A DNA stretch of 61,950 nucleotides, counting the filler. It is 3 parts of 3 records of this genome, joined end to end, with 100 filler letters (N's around TTAATTAATTAA, not from the genome) between each part and the next. Parts side by side here need not be neighbours in the genome. Positions count along the whole stretch, not along the records: positions 1 to 18,014 come from DRR723986_1337; positions 18,115 to 49,938 come from DRR723986_1339; 1 more part is not named here. One strand, given 5' to 3'. The number at the start of each line of letters is the position of its first letter. Position 1 is the stretch's first letter. Shown one piece after another: positions 9,760-20,253 of the stretch. Both the position numbers and the translations under genes were made by a program. The notes beneath the pieces are model-generated. The model saw only the letters and a program-made list of their open reading frames with translations, was not told the origin of the DNA and did not search any database.

Positions 9760-11361
9760 TTACTCGGCGGCCACCAGCGCCGGCTGTTCCCAGTTGCCCT
9801 TTTCGATATCGGCAATCTGCTTGTCGATCTGGGCAACCACGAACCGGGAGAACGGCCCGAGGTGCACATAGAGCGCAAGCATCATCATGACCGGCTTGAT
9901 CGCCCTGAAATTGGTGAAGGCGGTCTTGATCAGGGTTTTCCAGAAGGGCCCGCGATAGGTGGTTTCCTTGAAGGTCATTGCCAGGATAAGACGGCCGAAC
10001 AGCTTGATATCGTGGAAGAACCCGGCGCCGAAGATCGAGCCGTTAGCGCCGCTCATGTCGAGCATGGAAGCCACCTTCTGAACGCGGCCGAAGTAGGCTT
10101 CCGGACCATAGACCCGGTCGATGACCTGCTTGAAGTCTTCCAGGATCTGCGCGCGCGGGCGCACTGTGGTGAAGTTGAGCCCGGCGGTGCACTGATCGCC
10201 ATGTTCCGTATCCGGATCATCGGTGGCGAAATCCGCATGCAGACGGCCTTCCTTGGCGAGCCGGCGCGTCAGCTGAGTGTTCGGCAGGGCATAGAGCAGA
10301 CCGGTCATCGCAACAGGGATCGCGGCTTCCTCGATCAGTGCCGAGATCTCGTCCGCCACCTTGTCGCTTTCCTCGTCGAAGCCGACAATGAAGCCGGCCA
10401 GCACGAAGATGCCGGCGTCGTAGATCTTGTGCACGCTCTTGGCGATGTCGCGGCGTGTGTTCTGCTTCTTGCGCGTCGCCACCAGGACTTCGGGGTCGGG
10501 GCTTTCGATGCCGATGAAGACCGAGAAATATCCGGCCTGCTGCATCATCTTCAACAAGGCTTCGTCGTCCGCCAGGTTGAGGGAAGCCTCGGTCGACATT
10601 TCGAACGGGTAGCTGCGTTCCTTCTGCCATTTCGCCAGTTCGGGCAGGAAGCCCTTCACGGCCTTCTTGTTGCCGATGAGGTTGTCATCGACGAAGTCGA
10701 CATGTCCCCGGTAGCCAAGTTCGTACAGCCGGTCGAGTTCGGCCAGCATCTGGTCGTTGGTCTTGGTGCGCGGCACGCGGCCATACAGCTCGATGATGTC
10801 GCAGAATTCGCAAGTAAAGGGGCAGCCGCGCGAATATTGCACGCCGATCTGGACATAATCGTCGAATCTCAGAAGGTCAAAGCGCGGTACGGGGCTGGAG
10901 GAAACGTCTGCCTTGAATTTCTCGGCCGAGAAACGGCCGTTGCGGACCCCTTCCTTCCAGGCGTCGACGAACGTGGTGAGGATGCCTTCGGCTTCCCCAA
11001 GGACCAGGAAGTCGGCCGCTTCATAAACTTCCGGAGAAGAGGTTGCGTCCGGACCGCCGACCACGACGGGAACATTCTTTTCCTGCGAACGGCGGATGAC
11101 GGCGAGGCAATCGGCCTGCTGGGGCAGCATGCCACCGGTCATCACCATGTCGGCCCAGGCGAGATCGTCGTTCGTCAGGGCGCCGGTGTTGCGGTCGATC
11201 AGCCGGACATTCCAGTTTTCCGGCAGCATTGCCGCAACTGTGATCAGGCCGAGAGGAGGAGCGGGATACTTGGCGCCGACCATTTCGCAGGTCGCACCAT
11301 AGTTCCAGAATGACCCGGCATTGAAGCGCGGATACACCAGCAGAACATTGCATTCCGACAT
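9760..11361 (-). CDS. B12-binding radical SAM protein (DUF4070-type)
   Basis: PPLGLITVAAMLP, VVGGP, RGCPFTCEFCD (CX3CX2C), FVDDN, FIGIES, GFIVGFD. Confidence 0.92.
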   Translation of the reverse strand: MSECNVLLVYPRFNAGSFWNYGATCEMVGAKYPAPPLGLITVAAMLPENWNVRLIDRNTGALTNDDLAWADMVMTGGMLPQQADCLAVIRRSQEKNVPVVVGGPDATSSPEVYEAADFLVLGEAEGILTTFVDAWKEGVRNGRFSAEKFKADVSSSPVPRFDLLRFDDYVQIGVQYSRGCPFTCEFCDIIELYGRVPRTKTNDQMLAELDRLYELGYRGHVDFVDDNLIGNKKAVKGFLPELAKWQKERSYPFEMSTEASLNLADDEALLKMMQQAGYFSVFIGIESPDPEVLVATRKKQNTRRDIAKSVHKIYDAGIFVLAGFIVGFDEESDKVADEISALIEEAAIPVAMTGLLYALPNTQLTRRLAKEGRLHADFATDDPDTEHGDQCTAGLNFTTVRPRAQILEDFKQVIDRVYGPEAYFGRVQKVASMLDMSGANGSIFGAGFFHDIKLFGRLILAMTFKETTYRGPFWKTLIKTAFTNFRAIKPVMMMLALYVHLGPFSRFVVAQIDKQIADIEKGNWEQPALVAAE

Positions 11362-11481
11362 TAACGGTCCCTCCAAACGGACACTTGTTCCTAACGGCGA
11401 CACCGTAACAACTTTACGCCCCGGCACAACCGCTTTGAATGTCCCTGCACGAATTCACGTGCTGTCCGAGCGGACAGACTG

Positions 11482-12795
11482 TCACGTCTGGCTGGCGCCT
11501 GGCTTGCGGATGTGAAAAACGAGCCCCTGCACATCCTTGCCGAGTTCCTTGCGCAGAATATCCCGTTTCTCCCGTGCATAGAGAAGGCCCGCGGCCTCTG
11601 CACAGCGCTTTAGATATTCGGGCCGGTGGGCGTAGCGCCCCGTAGCATCCACGCGGTAGTCCGGCCCGTCCGACGTATCGAGATGCTCGACGCTCGCGAC
11701 GAGCATGCCACCCGGGGCAAGGGCTCCTGCAAGCGCCCGCATGAAAGGCTCCAGATCGCCGAGATAACACAGCGTGTCGACACAGACTGCCAGATCGAAT
11801 TGGGCCGGCAGGTCGGAGGACAGAAATCCAACGAGCTCACCTTCGACCAGGAAGTCGTAGACCTTCAGCGCAGCGGCCTTGCGCAGCATGCCCGGTGACA
11901 GGTCGATGCCGGTGAGCCGGGCACAGTGGTCGCGGATCAGTGGTCCGCAAAGGCCGGTCCCGCAGCCGAGATCGACCACATGGGCAAACGGCAAGTCGCG
12001 CTCCCTGGCCAGCTCCGCGACTTCCTCGGCAACAAGCTTCGGCGCCTGGTAGCCGAGCCCGTTCAGGACGTCGTCAAAGCTTTCCGAAAAGCTGTCGAAA
12101 TGATCCCGGACATAGTCCGCAGGTGCAAGCGACAGGTCTTCTCCGCGGATCGCGGCAAACTGATAGCGGATGACCGGGTCGTCCGGGTAGGTTGCGACAA
12201 GCATCTCCATATGTCGTGTGGCGACTTCGGCCCGCCCAAGCGCGCACAATACGCGCGGATGCCAGCCCTTGTCGCTCCAGACGTCTGGCGGGAACTGCAG
12301 ACACCGTTCGAAGGCGTCTGCCGCTTCCTCTCTTTTGCCGGCAAGCATCAGCGATATGCCGAAGTTGTGCCAGCCGCTGTGATTGTTCGGGTCGAGGCGC
12401 ACGACTTCTCGCAGCATGGGCAGAAGCTCGTCGTTGTTGCTGGCTTCCTGCAGCATCATCGAGATGTTCTTCCAGGCTTCCTCGTGGCGGACTTCAATTT
12501 CTACTGCGCGCAAATAGGCCTTCAAGGCTTCGTCCTTGTCGCCTGAAAGCTTCAGGATGTTGCCGAGGTTGTTCCAGGCGGAGAAATTGCCCGGGTTCCT
12601 TTCCAGGGAGGCATGGATAAGCGCAACCGCATTGTCAGCCTTGCCGGCATCGAAATGGAGCAGCCCCAGGAAATGCAAGCCGTCCGCATGGTCGGGATCT
12701 TCCGATAGCACATCCTTGTAGGCGCTGAGGGCGGCTTCCAGATTGCCGCTGCGGTGGGCGGAGATGCCCTGTTGTAATCTCTCGTCAATTTGCAT
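11482..12795 (-). CDS. TPR-repeat protein fused to a class I SAM methyltransferase
   Basis: N-terminal TPRs (AWNNLGNIL), YVRDHFDSFSESFD, DLGCGTGLCG, GIDLSPGML, GRYAH. Confidence 0.9.
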   Translation of the reverse strand: MQIDERLQQGISAHRSGNLEAALSAYKDVLSEDPDHADGLHFLGLLHFDAGKADNAVALIHASLERNPGNFSAWNNLGNILKLSGDKDEALKAYLRAVEIEVRHEEAWKNISMMLQEASNNDELLPMLREVVRLDPNNHSGWHNFGISLMLAGKREEAADAFERCLQFPPDVWSDKGWHPRVLCALGRAEVATRHMEMLVATYPDDPVIRYQFAAIRGEDLSLAPADYVRDHFDSFSESFDDVLNGLGYQAPKLVAEEVAELARERDLPFAHVVDLGCGTGLCGPLIRDHCARLTGIDLSPGMLRKAAALKVYDFLVEGELVGFLSSDLPAQFDLAVCVDTLCYLGDLEPFMRALAGALAPGGMLVASVEHLDTSDGPDYRVDATGRYAHRPEYLKRCAEAAGLLYAREKRDILRKELGKDVQGLVFHIRKPGASQT

Positions 12796-12811
12796 CTGAA
12801 AAAAATCCAAT

Positions 12812-12836
12812 AAAAAAGGGCGGTCGAACCGCCCTT
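12812..12836 (-). terminator. Rho-independent terminator of the cold-shock gene
   Basis: Minus strand AAGGGCGG-TTCGA-CCGCCCTTTTTT. Confidence 0.8.
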
Positions 12837-12863
12837 GTACCCGGTAATGACCTGTAAGTGACC

Positions 12864-13064
12864 TTACAGGACTTTCAGGTCTTCAGCCACCATTTGACCG
12901 CGGCGCCACTCCAGGTCGAATGCCACAAGCTGGCCTTCCTTCAGAGTGTCAATACCGGACCGGCGCAGGGCCGAGATGTCGACAAGGATGTCCTCGCCGT
13001 CCTGCGGTTCGATCGTGCCGATACCTCGGCGCTGATCAAACCATTTCACGTTTCCATGTAGCAT
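12864..13064 (-). CDS. Cold-shock domain protein with degenerate RNP motifs
   Basis: MLHGNVKWFDQRRGIGTIEPQDGEDILVDISALRRSGIDTLKEGQLVAFD; 66 aa. Confidence 0.85.
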   Translation of the reverse strand: MLHGNVKWFDQRRGIGTIEPQDGEDILVDISALRRSGIDTLKEGQLVAFDLEWRRGQMVAEDLKVL

Positions 13065-13333
13065 GGAGTCTTCTTTCCAATTCTTGGCATCTTGGCATAC
13101 GACGGCTTCCATAGCTGCCTTTTTCAACGCCTTGATGACAGTGTTGATGATAATACTAAAGTACTTTTCAGACCCTGCTCGGAACTGGACATCGACGTGC
13201 GCAGTCTTTTCGCGACTGCCTCACTTCAAGAAGCCGTTCCATTTGGCGGAGGTCTGGTTGCCCGGTAAAAACTCCCGGGCTTTTCCATAGTGTCTATTAG
13301 TATGGTAATGAAATTGTTAATTTCAAGACCTGC

Positions 13334-13792
13334 TCACCGATCGAGCTTCCCAAGTATAACATATTTGAGGATATCGACGACTTGTTCGGAGGTCTCGGCG
13401 ACCGCAAGAGCAGCTGCGTCAACTTCCTTGAGCGGGTGGGTCAGCGACGGGTCGTGAACGACAATCAGAGACTTGCCGAGCGCGGCAGCATAGCCGGCAT
13501 CGAAGGCCGCGTTCCATTGCTTGTATTTATCGCCGAAGCGGACCACGACGATGTCGGCTTTTTCCAGCAGCGTCCGCGTGCGGATCGCGTTCACCTTCGC
13601 GCCCTTGTGGTCGTACCAGAACTTGTTGTCCTCACCACCAAGGATGGTCGCGCCGCAATCGTCGCTGGCATCGTGATCCGTTACGGGAGAGGAAAATTCC
13701 ACCGGCAGCTTGAGTGCGGATGTGCCTTCCATGATCCTGTCACGCCAGTCGGTATGGATTTCGCCGGATAAGTAGACGCGCCAGGTGGTCAT
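13334..13792 (-). CDS. YtoQ family protein (nucleoside 2-deoxyribosyltransferase-like)
   Basis: VYLSGEIHTDWR, SDDCG, VVRFGDKYKQWNAAFDAGYAAALGK, HPLKEVD. Confidence 0.88.
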   Translation of the reverse strand: MTTWRVYLSGEIHTDWRDRIMEGTSALKLPVEFSSPVTDHDASDDCGATILGGEDNKFWYDHKGAKVNAIRTRTLLEKADIVVVRFGDKYKQWNAAFDAGYAAALGKSLIVVHDPSLTHPLKEVDAAALAVAETSEQVVDILKYVILGKLDR

Positions 13793-14003
13793 AAGGTTCT
13801 CCCATGCAAGCTTTTGAATTATGTGGCGAAAATCCCCGCCTTGTTGTGATCCGAAACTGGGGGCTGAACCAGGCAACGTCAACCCCTGCGTTCATTTGCC
13901 CCTTGGTGGAAGGGGCCGGGAGACTCGACAAGCCTGCGCAAAAACTGAAGGGTAAACCGCCGCAAAACTGAGATTGCGGTCCGTAATTTTAAGGAGCTCA
14001 TTC

Positions 14004-14639
14004 ATGTCTGCACTTTTGCTCGGAGACGAGGCACCGGATTTCGAAGCCGACAGCACGGATGGTCCGATCCGTTTTCATGAGGCGATCGAAGGGTCCTGGG
14101 CGGTTCTGTTTTCCCACCCCAAGGATTTCACGCCGGTCTGCACCACCGAACTGGGAATGACCGCCAAGCTCAAGGACAAGTTCGCAGCCCGTGGCGTCAA
14201 GGTTTTCGGCGTTTCGGTCGATCCCATCGAGGATCACCATGCCTGGGTTGGTGACATCGCGGATACGCAAGGCGTTGCCCTGAACTTCCCGCTGATTGCC
14301 GATCCGGATCGTAAGGTGGCCACCGCATACGGCATGATCCATCCCAATGCCAACGATACGCTGACCGTGCGGTCGCTGTTCGTTATCGGCCCGGACAAGA
14401 AGATCAAGCTCAAGATCGAATACCCGGCATCCACGGGCAGAAACTTCGATGAAGTCATCCGCGTGATTGACAGTCTGCAGCTCACCTCCGCCCACAAGGT
14501 CGCCACCCCGGCCAACTGGGTGTCCGGTGAGGATGTCATCATCGTCCCGGCGGTGAGCGATGAAGAGGCGAAGGAGAAATTCCCTGAAGGCTGGAAGACC
14601 CTGAAGCCTTATCTGCGTGTCGTGCCGCAGCCCAAATAA
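14004..14639 (+). CDS. 1-Cys peroxiredoxin (Prx6 type)
   Basis: FSHPKDFTPVCTTE, YPASTGRNFDE, ATPANW, PYLR. Confidence 0.95.
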   Translation: MSALLLGDEAPDFEADSTDGPIRFHEAIEGSWAVLFSHPKDFTPVCTTELGMTAKLKDKFAARGVKVFGVSVDPIEDHHAWVGDIADTQGVALNFPLIADPDRKVATAYGMIHPNANDTLTVRSLFVIGPDKKIKLKIEYPASTGRNFDEVIRVIDSLQLTSAHKVATPANWVSGEDVIIVPAVSDEEAKEKFPEGWKTLKPYLRVVPQPK

Positions 14640-14730
14640 CGGCTGAACAGAACGGATGAAACGGCTGGCGGCGCATGAAAAAAGGCGCCGCCGTCTCTAG
14701 GTCTGGTCAGGGCAGGGACCTGCGACGGGA

Positions 14731-15588
14731 TCACACCGTCGCCAGCAAGGCCTTGAGGGCAACACGGTAGTCCGGATAGCGGAATGTAAACCCAAGCTCG
14801 TCCTTGAGGCGCTGGTTGGAAACCCGCTTGTTTTCGCCGTAGAAGGACCTGGCCATCGGTGTGAGATCCGCGGTTTCGAACGGGATCTCGGGCGGGGCTT
14901 CGACGCCGAGCAGCTCCGCGGCAAAGGCCACCACATCCTGCGGCGGGGCCGGTTCATCGTCCGTGACGTTGAAAACCCGCGTCGACGGCTTTGCCATGGC
15001 AGCCTTCAATGCGCCCGCAATATCGGCAACGTGAATGCGGTTGAAGACCTGACCCGGCTTCACTAGCCGCCGCGCCGTGCCCTTCCTGAAATTCTCGAAT
15101 GCATTCCGGCCCGGGCCATAAATGCCCGAAAGGCGGAAAATCTGCACCGGCAGGTCATTCTGTTCGGCAAATGCCAACCAGGCCACTTCCGCCGCAACAC
15201 GCTGGACGGAGCGTTTGGAAACGGGGTGGAGCGGAGTTTCCTCATCGACCCAGGCACCGTCGTGATTGCCGTAGACACCGACTGTGGAGAGGTATCCTAT
15301 CCAGCGCGGTTTCGCGCCGGCAATCTCATTGGCATATTGGTTCAGCACCGGGTCGCCGGCTTCATTCGGAGCAATCGAGACCAGTATATGCGTCGCTTGC
15401 TTCAGTGCTTCGGCAACGCCGTCGCCTTGAGAATTGCCGTCGAAGAGAAACGGTTCGACACCCAGTGTCCGGAGCGCCTCCATCTTGTCCGAAGAACGCG
15501 TTGTGCCGCCGATCCAGTCGAACTGGTCACGCACTTCTTCCACGAACGCCTTGGAGGAAAACCCGGTGCCAAAGATGAACAGACGCAT
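14731..15588 (-). CDS. Atypical SDR / NAD-dependent epimerase (YeeZ-like)
   Basis: IFGTGFS, YLSTVGVYG, RLSGIYGPGR, FNRIHVADIA. Confidence 0.88.
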   Translation of the reverse strand: MRLFIFGTGFSSKAFVEEVRDQFDWIGGTTRSSDKMEALRTLGVEPFLFDGNSQGDGVAEALKQATHILVSIAPNEAGDPVLNQYANEIAGAKPRWIGYLSTVGVYGNHDGAWVDEETPLHPVSKRSVQRVAAEVAWLAFAEQNDLPVQIFRLSGIYGPGRNAFENFRKGTARRLVKPGQVFNRIHVADIAGALKAAMAKPSTRVFNVTDDEPAPPQDVVAFAAELLGVEAPPEIPFETADLTPMARSFYGENKRVSNQRLKDELGFTFRYPDYRVALKALLATV

Positions 15589-15593
15589 AGGTT

Positions 15594-16421
15594 CTAAAGC
15601 TCCAGATGCTTGCGGCGGATTTCATAAAGCGCAACGCCCGTGGCAACGGCCAGGTTCAGGCTGTCGGCCTGTCCGACCTGCGGAATGCGGATCAAGGTAC
15701 GGCAGGCGGCTGCCATGTCGTCTTCCAGGCCCTTCTGCTCGTTGCCCATGACCAGCAGAACCGGCTCGGCATAGTCGGGCGTGCGATAGTCTACCGATCC
15801 CTTCAGGTGGGTGGCCGCGACGGTGCCGGGCCATTTTTCGGCCAGTGACTTGAATTCGTCCTTGCCGAGTTTGGCCAGCGGCACATGAAACAGCGATCCC
15901 ATGGTGGCGCGCACCGCTTCAACCGCGAAGGGATCCGTGCAATCACCGACCAGCATGACACCCGCACCACCGACCGCATCGACCGTACGGATGATCGTGC
16001 CGAGGTTGCCCGGATCGCGCACCCGGTCGAGTGCGACCCAGAGCGTGGTACCGGCGGGATCAATGTCGCGGGCTCCCAGAAGCTTCTGCTCGTAAACACC
16101 GACAACCATCTGCGGATTGTCCTTGCGCGTCATCGCGGACATGACGGCGGTCGATGCTTCCAGGATCAGGGCGCCGCGTGCCTTCGCGGCAGCAGCGGCC
16201 TTCTGCGCGACAGGATTGTCCCGCGCTTCAGGCCCGAGCGCGAGATAACGCACGCCCCAGCCGGCTTCCAGCGCATCGGTGGCCAGCTTCAGGCCTTCGG
16301 CCACGAACAGGCCCGACTGGCTGCGGTGCTTGCGCTGCGCGACGAGCCCCTTGATTTCCTTGACGATCGGGTTGGAATGGCTGGTGATCTGTTTCACCGC
16401 CCCCTGGCGTTTTTCGATCAT
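15594..16421 (-). CDS. TrmH/SpoU family RNA methyltransferase
   Basis: DPGNLGTIIRT, VRATMGS, GNEQKGL, DSLNLAVA. Confidence 0.93.
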   Translation of the reverse strand: MIEKRQGAVKQITSHSNPIVKEIKGLVAQRKHRSQSGLFVAEGLKLATDALEAGWGVRYLALGPEARDNPVAQKAAAAAKARGALILEASTAVMSAMTRKDNPQMVVGVYEQKLLGARDIDPAGTTLWVALDRVRDPGNLGTIIRTVDAVGGAGVMLVGDCTDPFAVEAVRATMGSLFHVPLAKLGKDEFKSLAEKWPGTVAATHLKGSVDYRTPDYAEPVLLVMGNEQKGLEDDMAAACRTLIRIPQVGQADSLNLAVATGVALYEIRRKHLEL

Positions 16422-17380
16422 CTGCTGCTCCAGCGTGAAAAGAGCGACGTGGACAGTGCGCGCTTGCCGTCCTCCTCGCGGATGACCAGTTCGCCGGATT
16501 CCAGCAGGCCGCCTTCGGTGTCCATGGTTTCTGCCATGAGTTCGTGAATGGACACGAAACTGGAGCGGATCGCATAGGCGGTCAGGATCATGAACAATGC
16601 GTCCTTGTCCAGAAGCTGCTTCAGATCCGCGAGCATGCCGGGCAGGCTGGTGTAGATGTCCCAGACCTCGCCCTTCGGGCCGCGGCCGTATTTCGGTGGG
16701 TCGAGAATGATGCCGTCATAGGTGTTGCCGCGCCGCACTTCGCGGGCAACAAATTTCGAAGCGTCCTCGCAGATCCATCGGATCGGCAGATCTTCGAGAC
16801 CTGACATCTCCTGGTTCTCGCGGGCATAACCGATCGCCTTCTTGGAGGCGTCCACATGGGTCACCTGCGCCCCTTCCGTCGCCGGCAGCAACGAGGCAAG
16901 GCCGGTGTAGCCGAAAAGGTTCAGGATCTTCAGCGGCTTTTCCGGTGCGCGCTCGCGTTCAGCGCGGATCTTGCCGTTGACCCAGTCCCAATGGGCGGCC
17001 TGTTCGGGGAAGACGCCGACGTGGCGGAACGACATGAAGCGACCGTTGTAGCGAACAGGCCCATATGACATCGGCCAGGTTTCCGGCACGCTTCCGGAAA
17101 ACTTCCAGCGGCCCGGGCCTTCTTCTTCCGTGTCGCCGGAAAAGACGGCATCGGCACGGTTCCAGACACTTTCCTTCTGCCGCCGGGCCCCCATGGCCTG
17201 CGGTTCCGGACGCACGATGGTGAACCGGCCATAACGCTCCAGCTTCTCGCCCTGGCCCATGTCCAGAAGCCGATAGTCCTTCCAGCCCTTGGTTTCCAGG
17301 ATCACCGGCCAGCTCTGGTGTGCAGGCTCGCCGGACGGGGCATAGGTGGAGGCACTGGTCTGATCCGCCACGGGTCTCAC
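16418..17380 (-). CDS. Class I SAM-dependent (rRNA) methyltransferase, RlmI/RlmK-like
   Basis: GVFPEQ, LNLFGYTG, HVDASKKA, ILDPPKYGRG; 4-nt overlap with the TrmH gene. Confidence 0.88.
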   Translation of the reverse strand: MRPVADQTSASTYAPSGEPAHQSWPVILETKGWKDYRLLDMGQGEKLERYGRFTIVRPEPQAMGARRQKESVWNRADAVFSGDTEEEGPGRWKFSGSVPETWPMSYGPVRYNGRFMSFRHVGVFPEQAAHWDWVNGKIRAERERAPEKPLKILNLFGYTGLASLLPATEGAQVTHVDASKKAIGYARENQEMSGLEDLPIRWICEDASKFVAREVRRGNTYDGIILDPPKYGRGPKGEVWDIYTSLPGMLADLKQLLDKDALFMILTAYAIRSSFVSIHELMAETMDTEGGLLESGELVIREEDGKRALSTSLFSRWSSR

Positions 17381-17575
17381 TCGTTTTCTGTCAGGTTTGA
17401 AGTTGTTCCGCCATAGAACATCCTGCCTTCTTTTGAAAGTAGATTAGACGTTCCTGTGTGGTCGAAAAGGTTTCCTGGCCGGCTTTTGAACCCGTCCGGT
17501 CCAAAGGTTTCGTGGACGGCTACAGCAGCACCGCAAAGGCAATTTCCCGCTGCCGTCGGCGATCCTGTCGAGCGC

Positions 17576-17616
17576 AAAAGAAAAGGGCGGGGAGCCGAAG
17601 CTCACCCGCCCTCTTT
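17576..17616 (-). terminator. Terminator-like hairpin after the MCP gene
   Basis: Plus strand AAAAGAAAAGGGCGGGGAGC-CGAA-GCTCACCCGCCCTCTTT; U-rich tail on the minus strand. Confidence 0.75.
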
Positions 17617-17632
17617 GGTCAGATGTGTGCGA

Positions 17633-18014
17633 TCAAGCCGCGGCAACCTCGGAGAGGAACTGCTCGACTTCACGCTTCAGTTCGTGGGTCTTCTGGGTCA
17701 GTTCTCCGGAAGCCGACAGCACCATGTCCGCAGACGAGGAGGTCTGGTCAACGGCCTGCGAAAGCTGCGACATGGAAGAGGACACGGCACCGGTTCCTTC
17801 CGCCGCGCGCTGCACGTTCTGCGAAATCTCCGCGGTGGCGGCGCCCTGCTGTTCGACGGCCGATGCGATGGCCGTGGTATAGGTGTTCACCTCGGTCATG
17901 GTCTCCGCGATCTCGCCAATGGCAACGACGGATTCCTTGGTCGCGTTCTGGATCTCGGTGATCTGGCTGGAGATCTCCTCCGTTGCCTTGGAGGTCTGGG
18001 TGGCCAGCTCCTTC
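17633..18014 (-). CDS. Methyl-accepting chemotaxis protein, C-terminal fragment
   Basis: KELATQTSKATEEISSQI...IASAVEQQGAATAEISQNV signalling-domain motifs; cut by the contig end. Confidence 0.9.
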
Positions 18015-18114
18015 NNNNNNNNNNNNNNNNNNNNNNNNNNNNNNNNNNNNNNNNNNNNTTAATTAATTAANNNNNNNNNNNNNNNNNNNNNNNNNNNNNN
18101 NNNNNNNNNNNNNN
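18015..18114. other. Artificial contig-joining spacer
   Basis: N44-TTAATTAATTAA-N44 (stops in all six frames); flanking genes are truncated. Confidence 0.98.
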
Positions 18115-20173
18115 CGTCCCCATGGGCTTTGGCGGCCCCCACGCCGCGTTCTTCGCGACCCGCGACGACTACAAGCGCTCCGCACCGGGCCGCATCATCG
18201 GGGTCAGTATCGACCGCCTCGGCAACCAGGCGCTGCGCATGGCAATGCAGACCCGGGAACAGCACATTCGCCGCGAGAAGGCGACCAGCAATATTTGCAC
18301 GGCGCAGGCGCTGCTGGCGATCATGGCCGCGTTCTATGCCATGTACCACGGCCCTGTCGGCCTGCGCCGGATTGCCGAGCGCACTCATCACCTGACCGGC
18401 CTGCTCGCCAGGGGCCTCTCGGCTGCCGGCATGGCGCCGGACAACGCCAGCTGGTTCGACACCCTGACCCTGACCGTTGGCGAACGCCAGGGCGAGATTG
18501 TCGAGCGTGCCCTGGCCCAAGGCATCAACCTGCGCCTGATCGGCAGCGACCGACTCGGTATCGCGCTCGACGAAACCACCAGCGCAGCCGATGTACAGCT
18601 ACTGCTTGGCGTCATCACCGGCAAGCCCGCTCCGGAGCTGACGGAGCCGGCTGACGGGCTGCCGCCGGCGCTACAGCGCGAGGTGGACTACCTGCAGCAC
18701 CCGCTGTTCAACGAGTATCACTCGGAGACCGAGCTGCTGCGTTATATGCGCCGCCTGGAGGACAAGGACATTGCCCTGAACCGGGCGATGATTCCGCTGG
18801 GCAGCTGCACCATGAAACTCAATGCGACAACCGAGATGCTGCCAGTCACCTGGCCCGAGTTCGGCGCCCTCCACCCCTTCGCCCCGGCGGAGCAGACCGT
18901 GGGCTATCGCCAGCTACTGGATGAGCTGGAGCATATGCTGCTGGAGTGCACCGGCTACGATGCCATTTCCATGCAGCCCAACGCCGGCTCCCAGGGTGAG
19001 TACGCCGGACTGCTGGCCATCAAGCGCTATCACGAGAGTCGTAGCGACGCGCAGCGCAATATCTGCCTGATCCCCTCCTCCGCCCACGGCACCAATCCTG
19101 CGAGTGCGGCCCTGGCCGGCATGAAAGTCGTCATCGTGGAGTGTGACTCGCGCGGCAACGTGGACATGGCGGACCTGAAAATGAAGGCCGAGCGCCACAC
19201 CAACGACCTGGCGGCCATCATGGTCACCTACCCGTCCACCCACGGCGTCTTTGAGGAGTCCATCGTCGAGCTCTGCGAGGTAGTCCACCAGCACGGCGGG
19301 CAAGTCTATGTCGACGGTGCAAACCTCAATGCGCTGGTGGGTATCGCCGCCCCCGGCAAGTTTGGCGCCGACGTGTCACACCTGAACCTGCACAAAACAT
19401 TCTGCATTCCCCACGGTGGCGGTGGCCCCGGCATGGGCCCCATCGGCGTGGGTGCACACCTGCAGCCCTTCCTGCCAACCAACCCGGTGGCGCCGGTACC
19501 AGGCCTTGCCCCGGACAACGACGTGGTGTCATCGACCCCGTACGGCAGTGCGTCCATCCTGCCGATCTCCTGGGCCTACATCGCCCTCATGGGCGGCGAG
19601 GGACTGACCGAGGCGTCCAAGGTTGCCATTCTCAGCGCCAACTACATCGCCCACCGGCTGCGGGACCACTACCCCATCCTGTATACCGGCACCACCGGCA
19701 ATGTTGCCCACGAGTGCATCATCGATATTCGCCCGATCAAGGAGGCCAGCGGTGTTTCCGAGGAAGACGTGGCCAAGCGGCTGATCGACTTCGGCTTCCA
19801 TGCGCCCACCATGTCCTTCCCGGTGGCGGGAACCCTGATGGTCGAACCCACCGAGTCCGAGTCCCTCGCGGAACTGGACCGGTTCTGCGATGCCCTGATC
19901 ACCATCCGCGACGAGATCCGCGCGGTCGAGGCGGGCCAACTGGACCCGGCGGACAACCCGCTGGCCAACGCCCCGCACACCCTGGCCGACGTTGTCGCCA
20001 GCGACTGGGCTCACCCCTATAGCCGCGAGCAGGCGGCCTACCCGGTTGATTCCCTGCGGACCAGCAAGTACTGGGCCCCGGTGAACCGGGTCGACAACGT
20101 GTATGGGGATCGCAACCTGTTCTGCGCCTGCCCGGCGATCGACAGCTGGCGTGAACTGGAGGAAGAAGCCTGA
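18115..20173 (+). CDS. gcvP: Glycine dehydrogenase (decarboxylating), P protein, 5'-truncated
   Basis: [71 protein letters not shown]. Confidence 0.98.
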
Positions 20174-20253
20174 TCCTGCAGAACTCCTGATTCTGCCTAT
20201 ACTCCTGACAGCATGCGGCATCCGCCGCAACCGCCGTCAAGGAGACTGAGATC

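Noticed and set aside
8446-12795. Radical SAM, TPR-methyltransferase and MFS as a natural-product cluster
   Set aside because: No precursor peptide or scaffold enzyme, and all three are common stand-alone families.
18015-18114. TTAATTAATTAA palindrome as a biological site (also at 49983)
   Set aside because: Identical synthetic linker flanked by N44; it marks contig joins.
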